Shown in pieces: positions 9,201 to 17,730 of a stretch of 64,000 bases of DNA; positions within the stretch are counted from its first letter, which is position 1; every line of letters starts with the position of its first letter. Origin of the DNA: an uncultured Clostridia bacterium (GTDB taxonomy: Bacteria; Bacillota; Clostridia; TANB77; CAG-508). Location of the stretch: positions 3,294-67,293 of the forward strand of contig CALXCD010000003.1 in assembly GCA_944386715.1 (NCBI GenBank). The letters are read 5' to 3'. A program made the position numbers and the translations under genes. The notes beneath the pieces were generated by a model. It was not told the DNA's origin. It searched no databases and saw nothing but the letters and a program-made list of their open reading frames with translations.

Positions 9201-9451
9201 TTAATGCGGAAACTATTATTATCGGTAGCCTTGCAGGAATTATTGGAGTGGGCATTACTTTATTATTACTGATTCCTACCAATCAAATTATTGCCTCTAT
9301 AGCAAATGGAGTAAATGTTAGAGCATCATTACCATTTACGGCAGGAATTATTTTGATTGTACTAAGTATAGTTTTAACTTTAATTGGAGGAATTCTACCA
9401 TCTAGAAAAGCTGCAAAAGAAGATCCTGTATTGGCACTAAGAAGTGAGTAA
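6212..9451 (+). CDS. Fused ABC transporter ATP-binding protein / FtsX-type permease (MacB-like)
   Basis: Has Walker A (GPSGSGKTT), the signature LSGGQMQR and Walker B (VLADEPT). A TM helix is followed by a very long extracytoplasmic region and a C-terminal FtsX 3-TM module. Confidence 0.85.
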   Translation: MLQIKNIHKQYKTGDLIQKALDDVSLNLRDNEFVAILGPSGSGKTTLLNIIGGLDRYDKGDLIINGISTKKYKDRDWDSYRNHTIGFVFQSYNLIPHQTILANVELALTISGVSKSKRRKKAIKALEQVGLASQMHKKPNQLSGGQMQRVAIARALVNDPDIVLADEPTGALDSDTSVQVMELLKEVAKDRLVVMVTHNPELARSYATRIVNIKDGKILSDTNPYIIENEKYTEPVHKNLGKTTMSFFTSLSLSFNNLKTKKGRTILTSFAGSIGIIGIALILSLSNGVNRYIKSVEEDTLSEYPLQIQSSGVDISSLLMGSSNDDGDNKESGDINVSKRLTSMFSTIGSNDLVSLKQYLESDDCNIEEYAKAIEYSYDVTPRIYHSDIENLRQVNPDITFSSLGMGSGASTNSMMSSMMSTDVFFPMPKDTNLYESQYDVKAGKWPTKYNECVLVLTSKGNISDFLLYTLGLRDYNELQNLVTQFSNGEEVSAPDNLGSYSYDDILGTTFKLINNSDCYEYDEEYKIWRDKTDNTEYMKNIVANGEDLKIVGIVQPKEGATSTMLTSGIGYPASLTDYVMESAKNSKIVQEQLANPGINVFTGKRFEETEEENSFDMNSLIDVDTNAIRSAFKLDQSKIKVDFGNLNNILTQNSLPALNINDILSNIKFSMSSEDIQRIISDFLNGYEEYVQNKPGANISQIGKQLSEYLQSKEVNELLNKKIQEIIQENGSLTITQEQLQEIMKEILAGYEKYVDDNELVRVEDLNKYLMEYLDSEEAKNIITNNISQIITSQNLDKQISTIMEKYMQNVVGTISKSIQKQMESSIRTLSKSITGAISIDENAFIGAFQMKMNEEELSELLKSFMSKESVTYDNNLKKLNYANFDEPDGINIYPKDFEGNKAITNLLNDYNNRMQENGEEDKVISFSDMVGTLMSSVTTIVNTISYVLIAFVAISLVVSSIMIGVITYISVLERKKEIGILRAMGASKHNVSQVFNAETIIIGSLAGIIGVGITLLLLIPTNQIIASIANGVNVRASLPFTAGIILIVLSIVLTLIGGILPSRKAAKEDPVLALRSE

Positions 9452-9454
9452 TAA

Positions 9455-9562
9455 ATGAGTAATATTATAATATATGCTTCTCATTATGGAACAACAAAAC
9501 GATATGCAGAAGAACTTTCAAGAAGAACTAATATAGAAACAATTGCAACAGTTGTTTTTTAA
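9455..9562 (+). pseudogene. Flavodoxin-like N-terminal relic (35 codons)
   Basis: MSNIIIYASHYGTTKRYAEELSRRTN matches the flavodoxin-domain N-terminus (IxYxSxxGxTxxxA) and then stops. It is not in the ORF track because it is under 60 aa. Confidence 0.45.
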
Positions 9563-9657
9563 ATCCGACAGATGAAGTAAATAATTAGAAAGATAGTTAT
9601 ACAAAGTTATACAAACTGTTTAATTGATTGAATAGAGAAAAAAATAGATACAAGGTA

Positions 9658-10545
9658 TTAAACATCTGTATCTATTTCTTTTTGCAATTCATCTAAAAAC
9701 TTTTGAGAAGCTTTAGAGAAAATCTGATATTTTTTCCAAACAATATTTATTTCTAAATCTAATTTAGGAGAAAGCGGTTTAAAACAAAGTTTAGTAGTAT
9801 CAGTAACATTTACTAATTTATCTAAAATAAGAGCATAACCTAATCCCTTATCCACTAAAATAGAAGCATTATATACTAAATTATAGGTAGCAATAATATT
9901 CAAATTACTTAAATCAGATTTAAACCAGTTAAACAAATTAGAGTTTGCATCAACTTGTCTTGAAAGAATAAGAGGTTTATCTTTTAAATCTTTTGGAGTA
10001 ATAAATTCTTTTTTAGAAAGTGGAGAATCTTTTCTCATTAAAACTCCCCAAATATCTTTTATAGGTAGAGTTATATAATTATATTTTGTTTTATCAATGT
10101 TACCAATTAAAATACCAAAATCAATAAGACCTTTATCCAAGTTTTCCATTACATCAAAACTGTCACCACTAGAGATATGGTAATGTATATTTGGATATTT
10201 TTTCTGAAGCTTTAGTATAATATCTGCAATAATTCTAATAGAATCAGATTCTCCAGTACCTATATAAATATCTCCACCTATAATTTCGCTTGAGAGCGAA
10301 ATTTCTTTTTCTGTTTTTTTGACAAGATTAATAATTTCTTCCGCTCTTTTTCTAAGAAGCATACCTTCTTCCGTTAAAGTTATTTTTCTTTTACCTCTTA
10401 TAAAAAGTGTTTTACCAAGTTCTGCTTCTAAATCTTGTAATTGCCTTGAAAGTGTTGGCTGTGTAATATGCAAGGTTTTTGCTGCATTTGAAATATTTTG
10501 TTCTCTTGCTACTGTTATAAAATAATTTAAAACTCTAAATTCCAT
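9658..10545 (-). CDS. LysR family transcriptional regulator
   Basis: N-terminal HTH (FITVAREQNISNAAKTLHITQPTLSRQLQDLE) plus a LysR substrate-binding region. It is divergent from the island genes. Confidence 0.9.
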   Translation of the reverse strand: MEFRVLNYFITVAREQNISNAAKTLHITQPTLSRQLQDLEAELGKTLFIRGKRKITLTEEGMLLRKRAEEIINLVKKTEKEISLSSEIIGGDIYIGTGESDSIRIIADIILKLQKKYPNIHYHISSGDSFDVMENLDKGLIDFGILIGNIDKTKYNYITLPIKDIWGVLMRKDSPLSKKEFITPKDLKDKPLILSRQVDANSNLFNWFKSDLSNLNIIATYNLVYNASILVDKGLGYALILDKLVNVTDTTKLCFKPLSPKLDLEINIVWKKYQIFSKASQKFLDELQKEIDTDV

Positions 10546-10719
10546 ACAATATCTCCATGATTTAATTGGTTATTTCATACAATTCTTTATTATTGGTATT
10601 AGTCTATCATAACTAACTATACCTGTCAAGCATAGTAAATTATACAAAATAAGTATTAGACATTGTGAAAAGACTATGATAAAATAAAATTGACAAAAAA
10701 TTATGCTAATTAAAAGAAG

Positions 10720-10962
10720 GTGATAAGAGTGGATGTTTACAATTCAGAGCAAGACATTATTCAAAACTTAAAAGACGCAGGATGTGACGATAAACAAATA
10801 CAAGAATTACAAGAATTATATGAACAAGGTCAAAAGGAAAAAGTGCATAAAATTTTAGAAAAACATAGAAAAAATATATTAGATAAAGTTCATAAAAATG
10901 AAAAACAAATTGATTGTATAGATTATTTTATATATCAAATGGAAAGAGGTAAAAGATTATGA
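10720..10962 (+). CDS. Small hypothetical protein (start more likely the GTG at 10729)
   Basis: The ORF has an SD (AAGGTG) and is translationally coupled to the next gene (ATGA overlap at 10959). No family recognised. Confidence 0.5.
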   Translation: MIRVDVYNSEQDIIQNLKDAGCDDKQIQELQELYEQGQKEKVHKILEKHRKNILDKVHKNEKQIDCIDYFIYQMERGKRL

Positions 10963-11597
10963 AAAATAAAAAAATTATAGCTTTAATCGTTTTTTTAATA
11001 ATTATCATATTAGTAGCAATAATTATAGCATTTAATATGTTTAATTTAAATCAAGAGGAAAATTTGAATGAAATAAATACATTGGAAAACAATAATAGCG
11101 AAAGTGAAAATTTCCAAAATAATGAAAATCAAATAAATACAGAATTAAATGAAAATAATACAGATAATACACAAACAAGTGAAACAAATAATAACCAAAT
11201 AAACGAAAATGGAGGAATTGGAAATATGAATAATCAAAGTGAAGAAATAAAAATAAATTTAATTGTAAATAATAAAACTTTTACAGCAACTTTAAATAAT
11301 AATGAAACTGTAAGACAATTAGTATCAATGTTCCCAATGACATTAGATATGAGCGACTTACATTCTAATGAAAAATATAATTATTTAGATACGACTCTAA
11401 CGACCAATAGTAGTAAATCAAGTAGAATAAACGAAGGAGATATTAAATTATATGGAAATAACTGCTTAGTTCTATTCTATGAAAGTTTTAGTAATTCATA
11501 TAATTATACTGATTTAGGAAGAGTAGATAATGTAGATGCATTTGTTTCTGAACTAGGTAGTGGAAGCGTAAATATTAGATTTGAACTTGCAAATTAG
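10959..11597 (+). CDS. Membrane-anchored cyclophilin-like fold protein
   Basis: N-terminal TM helix and an Asn-rich linker. The C-terminal part (TATLNNNETVRQL...GDIKLYGNNCLVLFYESF) matches the cyclophilin-like family common in such islands. Confidence 0.7.
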   Translation: MKNKKIIALIVFLIIIILVAIIIAFNMFNLNQEENLNEINTLENNNSESENFQNNENQINTELNENNTDNTQTSETNNNQINENGGIGNMNNQSEEIKINLIVNNKTFTATLNNNETVRQLVSMFPMTLDMSDLHSNEKYNYLDTTLTTNSSKSSRINEGDIKLYGNNCLVLFYESFSNSYNYTDLGRVDNVDAFVSELGSGSVNIRFELAN

Positions 11598-11610
11598 GAG
11601 GAGTGAGAAA

Positions 11611-12468
11611 ATGAAAGTAAAAAATAAAATAGAAAACAAAATATTTGATGAAGAAAGAGCACTATATAATTTAAAAGATACAGAAGTTTTAAACTGTATT
11701 TTTGCAGGGGAACAAGATGGAGAATCTGTATTAAAAGAAACAAGAAATATAAGAGTAATAAATAGCAAATTTTCTTTAAGATATCCTTTATGGCACGCAA
11801 AAAAATATGAATTAATACATTCAACATTTGATGATAAAACAAGAGCTCCAATATGGTATTCAGATGATGGTTTAATTGATAATTGTGATTTACAAGGTAT
11901 AAAGTTATTAAGAGAATGTAATAATACAGAAATAAAAAATACCAATATTGTTTCTCCAGAGTTCGGATGGAAATGTAGAGGAATTAATGTGGAAGATAGC
12001 AAAATTATATCAGAATATATCTTTTTAGATAGCAAAAATGTAAAACTAAAAAACGTTGAATTTCAAGGTAAATATTCTTTTCAATATATGGAAAACTTAG
12101 AAATTGAAAATTGCAAATTAGATACAAAAGATGCTTTTTGGCATAGCAAGAATGTAACTGTAAGAGATTCAATTGTAAAAGGAGAATATCTTGCTTGGTT
12201 TTCAGAAAATTTAACATTAATTAATTGTAAGATAATTGGAACACAACCACTTTGCTATTGTAAAAATCTTAAACTAATAAATTGTACAATGGAAGATACA
12301 GATTTAGCTTTTGAATATTCAGAAGTAGAGGCTGATATAAAAGGAAATGTGTTATCTATAAAGAATCCAAAATCAGGAACAATAACAGTAGATTCTGTGG
12401 GAGAAATTATAAATGAAGATTCTATCATGGAGATAGAAGGAAGGGTTATTATAAGAGAAAAATTATAA
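11611..12468 (+). CDS. DUF3737 family protein (beta-helix-like repeats)
   Basis: The N-terminus FDEERALYNLKDTEVLNC and repeated CxL../N-rich turns are present. I moved the start to the ATG at 11611, which is preceded by AGGAGG. Confidence 0.7.
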   Translation: MKVKNKIENKIFDEERALYNLKDTEVLNCIFAGEQDGESVLKETRNIRVINSKFSLRYPLWHAKKYELIHSTFDDKTRAPIWYSDDGLIDNCDLQGIKLLRECNNTEIKNTNIVSPEFGWKCRGINVEDSKIISEYIFLDSKNVKLKNVEFQGKYSFQYMENLEIENCKLDTKDAFWHSKNVTVRDSIVKGEYLAWFSENLTLINCKIIGTQPLCYCKNLKLINCTMEDTDLAFEYSEVEADIKGNVLSIKNPKSGTITVDSVGEIINEDSIMEIEGRVIIREKL

Positions 12469-12533
12469 ATTTAAAAATTATTAAGGAAGGAGAGATTTAT
12501 GAAAGTAAAAGAATTATATTTGGATTATAAAAT

Positions 12534-13514
12534 ATGAAAGTAGGAGAAAATATGGATAAGAAAATATTAATTATAATAACAATTTTCCTGATAATTATAT
12601 TAATTATTGTTGGATATGTTATATTTAGTAAAAACTTAAAACAAGAATTCGGAGAGGAACAAGAGATGGCGATGCAAAACAATACAGTTAATAATGATAC
12701 TTCCTTTGATTTTGAAACAAAAACAGTTACATTAAATAGTGGATATGAAATGCCACTAAATGGAATTGGAACATATAGTTTAACAGGAGATGAGTGTTAC
12801 AATTCAATAATAAGTGCATTAAATTCAGGTGTAAGATTGATTGATACAGCATATATGTATCATAATGAAGAAGAAATAGGTAGGGCGATTAGAGATTCAG
12901 GTGTGCCAAGAGAAGAAATATTTGTCATCACCAAAATATATCCTAGTCAATTTGATGATCCAGAAAGTGCAATAGAATTGGCATTAGAAAAATTAGATAT
13001 AGGATATATAGATATGATGTTATTACACCATCCAGGAGATGGAGATGTAGAAGCATATAAAGCAATGGAAAAATATGTAGAACAAAGACAAATTCGCTCT
13101 ATCGGACTTTCTAACTGGTATATAGAAGAATTGGAAGAATTTTTACCACAGGTTGAAACAGTACCAGCATTGGTACAAAATGAAATACACCCATATTATC
13201 AAGAATTAGAAGTTGTACCATACATTCAAAGCAAAGGAATAGTAATGCAAGGTTGGTATCCATTTGGTGGTAGAGGTCATACGAGTGAACTTTTGAATGA
13301 TGAAACAATAGTAGAAATTGCAAATAATCACAATGTAACAGCAGCACAGGTGATTTTGAGATGGAATTTACAAAGAGGAGTTGTTGTGATTCCAGGTTCA
13401 AGTAATCCAGACCATATAAAAGAAAACACAGAAATATATCATTTTGAATTAACAGATGAAGAGATGCAGACAATGGAAAGTTTAAATCGTAATGAAAAAC
13501 ATGATTGGTATTAA
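12534..13514 (+). CDS. Aldo/keto reductase with N-terminal membrane anchor
   Basis: TM helix, then AKR motifs (GIGTY, RLIDTAYMY, YIDMMLLHHP, IRSIGLSNW, VIPGSSNP). An alternative start is the ATG at 12552. Confidence 0.85.
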   Translation: MKVGENMDKKILIIITIFLIIILIIVGYVIFSKNLKQEFGEEQEMAMQNNTVNNDTSFDFETKTVTLNSGYEMPLNGIGTYSLTGDECYNSIISALNSGVRLIDTAYMYHNEEEIGRAIRDSGVPREEIFVITKIYPSQFDDPESAIELALEKLDIGYIDMMLLHHPGDGDVEAYKAMEKYVEQRQIRSIGLSNWYIEELEEFLPQVETVPALVQNEIHPYYQELEVVPYIQSKGIVMQGWYPFGGRGHTSELLNDETIVEIANNHNVTAAQVILRWNLQRGVVVIPGSSNPDHIKENTEIYHFELTDEEMQTMESLNRNEKHDWY

Positions 13515-13582
13515 AAGTTGAATTAATATTAAATTCATTTTGTAGAATAATATAAATAAATTAGAGAAAGAAGGTAAAAAGT

Positions 13583-14572
13583 ATGGAAGAAAAATTAAAT
13601 TTAGTTCAAGAATGGGATAAGACATTTCCTAAAAGTGAAAAGATAAATCATAAAAAGGTAATATTTCATAATCGTTATGGAATAAATTTGGTAGCAGACT
13701 TATATGAACCAAAAGATGCTAAAGGAAAACTTCCTGCGATTGCTGTATGTGGACCTTTTGGAGCAGTAAAAGAGCAAGCATCAGGATTATATGCACAAAC
13801 AATGGCAGAAAGAGGATTTTTGACAATTGCATTTGATCCATCATATACAGGAGAAAGTTCAGGAACACCTAGATACATGGCATCTCCTGATATCAATACA
13901 GAAGATTTCCAAGCAGCAGTCGATTTCTTATCAGTACAAGAAAATGTTGATTCAGAAAAAATTGGAATTATCGGAATTTGTGGATGGGGAGGATTAGCAC
14001 TAAATACAGCAGCAATTGATACAAGAATAAAAGCAACGGTTGCATCTACAATGTATGATATGTCAAGAGTTGGAGCAAAAGGATATTTTGACGCAAATGA
14101 TAGTGAAGAAGAAAGACATAACCTTCGTGTAACATATAATACACAAAGAACAGAAGATTACAAAACAGGAACATATAAGAGGGCAGGTGGAGTTGTAGAT
14201 CCACTTCCTAAAGATGCACCGTTCTTTGTAAAAGATTATTATGATTACTATAAAACAAATCGTGGATATCATAAAAGGTCTTTAAACTCAAATGATGGAT
14301 GGAATGTAACAGGAACAATGTCATTTATGAATATGCCAATTTTAACATATACTAATGAAATTAGAAGTGCTGTTTTAGTAATACATGGAGAAAAAGCACA
14401 TTCATGCTATATGAGTAAAGATGCATTTAAAAATATGACAGAAAATAGTAATTATAAAGATAATAAAGAATTAATGATTATTCCAGATGCGGTTCATACT
14501 GATTTGTATGACAAAGTAGATATTATTCCTTTTGATAAAATGGAAAAGTTTTTCAGAGAAAATTTAAAATAG
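13583..14572 (+). CDS. Alpha/beta hydrolase
   Basis: Has a nucleophile-elbow-like ICGWGG and typical hydrolase-fold spacing, with a C-terminal HTDLYD. Confidence 0.8.
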   Translation: MEEKLNLVQEWDKTFPKSEKINHKKVIFHNRYGINLVADLYEPKDAKGKLPAIAVCGPFGAVKEQASGLYAQTMAERGFLTIAFDPSYTGESSGTPRYMASPDINTEDFQAAVDFLSVQENVDSEKIGIIGICGWGGLALNTAAIDTRIKATVASTMYDMSRVGAKGYFDANDSEEERHNLRVTYNTQRTEDYKTGTYKRAGGVVDPLPKDAPFFVKDYYDYYKTNRGYHKRSLNSNDGWNVTGTMSFMNMPILTYTNEIRSAVLVIHGEKAHSCYMSKDAFKNMTENSNYKDNKELMIIPDAVHTDLYDKVDIIPFDKMEKFFRENLK

Positions 14573-14721
14573 GAAGAATGCTACATATGATATCTATTTC
14601 AAAAGTGTACAAATAATTTTTATATATTAAAAATTTAATCTTAAATGGTAAAATAAAAAAGATGTAATTGTTTATACATAAAAAGATTAGTTCTTGTGAA
14701 CTAATTTTTTTGTAAAAAGTA

Positions 14722-14774
14722 TTGACACGGTGTCAGAAACGTGATATATAATACCTAAATTGACATGATGTCAA
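14722..14774 (+). promoter_or_regulatory. Promoter with two TetR-type dyads (TGACAC-G-GTGTCA and TTGACAT-G-ATGTCAA)
   Basis: TTGACA at 14722-14727 and TATATA(AT) about 17 nt downstream. Perfect dyads at 14723-14735 and 14760-14774. A TetR gene lies downstream. Confidence 0.5.
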
Positions 14775-14947
14775 AAAGAGGGGCGGTTATATATTATGGA
14801 TTTATCAATTATATAGATATTTATTGGATTCATAATCCAATGGATGTAGAAAAATATACACCTATGATAGCACCATTATATAAAAAAAGATTAATAAAAT
14901 TTGTTGGAGTATTTACAATAAGATATTGGGAAAAAGAAATGAAGTAG
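14765..14947 (+). pseudogene. Aldo/keto reductase internal fragment (relic) in the TetR leader
   Basis: IDIYWIHNPMDVEKYTPMIAPLYKKRLIKFVGV parallels YIDMMLLHHPGDGDVEAYKAMEKYVEQRQIRSIGL of the AKR at 12534. Only about 40 residues of the fold remain. Confidence 0.45.
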
Positions 14948-14964
14948 AAAAGGAGACAGATAGA

Positions 14965-15576
14965 ATGAGTAAAGAAATTGTTGATATGAGGAAAGAAGAA
15001 ATCATAAATGCTTGTGAAAAACTTTATGAAAATAACAGTTTTAAAGATATAACAATAAAAAGTATAGGAGAAAAAACAACTTTTTCTCGTACCTCAATAT
15101 ACAATTATTTTCAAACTAAAGAAGAAATATTCTTAGCACTTTTAAAAAGAGAGTATGAAAGATGGAGAGATGACTTAAATGAAATGTATGAGAAAAATTC
15201 TGAAATGACAAAAGAAATGTTTGCAGATGGGTTAGCACATACAGTTGCAAAGAGAAATAATCTATTAAAGTTACTTTCTATGAATATGTATGATATGGAA
15301 GAAAACAGCAGAATGGAAGAGCTAATAAAATTTAAAAGAGCTTATGGAAATGCAATAAAAATGGTAAGAAAATGTGTTGATAAATTCTTTGGGAAAATGA
15401 GTGATGAAGAAAAAGAAGAATTTGTATTCTTATTTTTTCCACTAATGTATGGAATTTATCCTTATGCAGAGGTAACAGAAAAGCAAATGCAAGCAATGAA
15501 AGCATCTGATGTACCGTTTAAGTATTTATCTATTTATGAGATTACCTATAAGGGAATCATAAAATTGTTAAGTTAG
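14965..15576 (+). CDS. TetR/AcrR family transcriptional regulator
   Basis: HTH region FKDITIKSIGEKTTFSRTSIYNYFQTKEEI. The start is set at the ATG preceded by AAGGAGA. Confidence 0.85.
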   Translation: MSKEIVDMRKEEIINACEKLYENNSFKDITIKSIGEKTTFSRTSIYNYFQTKEEIFLALLKREYERWRDDLNEMYEKNSEMTKEMFADGLAHTVAKRNNLLKLLSMNMYDMEENSRMEELIKFKRAYGNAIKMVRKCVDKFFGKMSDEEKEEFVFLFFPLMYGIYPYAEVTEKQMQAMKASDVPFKYLSIYEITYKGIIKLLS

Positions 15577-15673
15577 GAGTGATTTCTATGGATAAAAGTT
15601 CCTAAAAGCATATATACAAGTGAGGAAGACTTAAAATTATGGGTTAATAGCCTAGATATATAGGAGGAAAAGT

Positions 15674-16207
15674 ATGAAAATAGTCATATTAACAGGAAGT
15701 TATAATTTACACGGAACATCTAATACATTGGTCGATGAATTTATAAGAGGAGCTAAAGAAAATGGTAACGAAATCGTAAGATTTGATACAGCTCATTTAG
15801 ATATACATCCTTGTATTGGTTGCAACCATTGTGGAATGGATGGAGACTGTGTTTTTAAAGACGATATGATAAAAATATTAGATGAAGTAGAAAGTGCAGA
15901 TATGTTGGTTTTAGCAACACCAGTTTATTATTTTGCAATGACAGCACCACTTAAAGCTACAATAGATAGGTTTTATTCAAGAACAGGAAGAATAAGTCGC
16001 AAAAGACTAAGAATAGCATATATAATGACTTGCTGGAATACAGATAATTCAACAGTAGAACCATTAATCGTGCATTATAAAAAATTAGTAAGTTATATGC
16101 ATTATAAAGATGAAGGAATGATTGTAGGAAAAGGATGTGGAACAGTAGGTATGATACCAGAACATTTTTATAAAGAAGCATATGAATTAGGAAAAAATAT
16201 TAAATGA
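15674..16207 (+). CDS. Flavodoxin-like fold flavoprotein (iron-sulfur flavoprotein / NADPH-FMN reductase type)
   Basis: MKIVILTGS...GTS and a Cys cluster CIGCNHCGMDGDC typical of Isf-like proteins. Confidence 0.8.
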   Translation: MKIVILTGSYNLHGTSNTLVDEFIRGAKENGNEIVRFDTAHLDIHPCIGCNHCGMDGDCVFKDDMIKILDEVESADMLVLATPVYYFAMTAPLKATIDRFYSRTGRISRKRLRIAYIMTCWNTDNSTVEPLIVHYKKLVSYMHYKDEGMIVGKGCGTVGMIPEHFYKEAYELGKNIK

Positions 16208-16237
16208 TTAAGAATTTATTAAATTGGAGGAGATGTT

Positions 16238-17710
16238 ATGAACAAGAAAGTAATTGCCTTATTAGTTGCAATTCTTATTGTAGCAGTCATTGCAGGAATT
16301 ATCTTTGTAGTTTATCGTCAAGAAGAAAGTGAAACTCAAAATAATAATTTAGGAGGAACAACTACAAATGATGGAAATGTAAGTGTAGATATAGCAGATG
16401 AGTTAGTATTAATCAATGGTGGAACTTTCCAAATGGGAAGTCCAGAATCAGAAATGCAAAGAGAAACAGATGAAACGCAGCATGAAGTAACAGTAAGTGA
16501 TTTTTATATAGGAAGATATGAAGTTACACAAGAACAATATGAGAAAGTTATGGGAGATAACCCAAGTAATTTTTCAGGAGAGAATTTACCAGTTGAAAAT
16601 GTTACTTGGTATGATGCAATTGAATACTGCAACAGATTAAGTGAGCAAGAAGGACTAACACCAGTATATACAGTAGATGGAGAAAATGTAAGTTGGGATA
16701 GATCAGCAAATGGATATAGATTACCAACAGAAGCAGAATGGGAATATGCAGCAAGAGCGGGAACAACTACTCCATTTAACACAGAAACTTCAATAAGTGA
16801 TGAAGAAGCAAATTATTATGGACATTATCCATATGGAATAGAAGAAAATTATTTTTCACAAGATAATTTAGAAACAGAGCCAGGACAATATAGACAAACA
16901 ACAGTAGAAGTGAATAGCTTTTCTCCTAACAACTGGGGACTATACAATATTCACGGAAATGTAGCAGAATGGTGCTTTGATTATTATGGAGCATATGATT
17001 TAGAAAATACAGATAATCCATCAGGACCAACAACAGGTACTTTAAGAGTAAATAGAGGTGGAGGATGGAACGATTATGCAAAACATTTAAGAAGTGCATA
17101 TCGTGCATCAACAACACCTAACCAAGGAATGAGTAATATTGGATTTAGAATAGCAAGAAATGGAGATAATAATTCTAATACATCTGTAGTAAGTGATACA
17201 AACAGAGATTTACAAACACAAACAGATGGAAATATACTAATTGCATATTTTTCTTGGAGTGGAAATACTGAAAATGCAGCACAAATTATTCAAGAAAAAA
17301 CAGGAGCAGATATTATTGAGCTAAATCCAGTAGAACCTTATTCATCAAACTATAATGAAGTTTTAGACCAAGCACAAGAAGATATGAATAATGATGCAAG
17401 ACCAGAACTTGCAAACCACGTAGAAAATATGGAACAATACGACACAATACTTTTAGGATATCCTAACTGGTGGGCAACAATTCCAATGCCAGTAGCAAGT
17501 TTCTTGGAAGAATATGATTTTAGCGGAAAGACAATCATTCCATTTTGTAGCCACGGTGGTGGAGGATTTGGACAAAGTATTACAGATATATCAAAACTTG
17601 CACCAAATTCAAGAATAGGAGAAGGATTAAGCATACACTATTCTGGTGGTTCTAGTTTAGAAAATGATATATCAAATTGGTTAAGTGCTAATGGTATTTC
17701 AGAAAATTAA
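16238..17710 (+). CDS. Membrane-anchored fusion: FGE/SUMF1-type (sulfatase-modifying-factor) domain + flavodoxin domain
   Basis: TM helix, then FGE motifs (GGTFQMGS, NVTWYDAIEYCN, YRLPTEAEWEYAAR, RVNRGGGW, GFRIAR), then a flavodoxin domain (LIAYFSWSGNTE...GYPNWWATIP...CSHGGGG). Confidence 0.8.
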   Translation: MNKKVIALLVAILIVAVIAGIIFVVYRQEESETQNNNLGGTTTNDGNVSVDIADELVLINGGTFQMGSPESEMQRETDETQHEVTVSDFYIGRYEVTQEQYEKVMGDNPSNFSGENLPVENVTWYDAIEYCNRLSEQEGLTPVYTVDGENVSWDRSANGYRLPTEAEWEYAARAGTTTPFNTETSISDEEANYYGHYPYGIEENYFSQDNLETEPGQYRQTTVEVNSFSPNNWGLYNIHGNVAEWCFDYYGAYDLENTDNPSGPTTGTLRVNRGGGWNDYAKHLRSAYRASTTPNQGMSNIGFRIARNGDNNSNTSVVSDTNRDLQTQTDGNILIAYFSWSGNTENAAQIIQEKTGADIIELNPVEPYSSNYNEVLDQAQEDMNNDARPELANHVENMEQYDTILLGYPNWWATIPMPVASFLEEYDFSGKTIIPFCSHGGGGFGQSITDISKLAPNSRIGEGLSIHYSGGSSLENDISNWLSANGISEN

Positions 17711-17730
17711 TAGATAATGGAGAAAAATAG

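Noticed and set aside
11040-11230. A repetitive AAT/GAA-rich stretch looked like a possible tandem repeat or array. Similar stretches occur at 19860-19990, 29570-29700 and 46200-46380.
   Set aside because: These are in-frame low-complexity Asn/Glu/Thr/Ser linkers of membrane-anchored proteins. There is no fixed repeat unit and no spacer structure.
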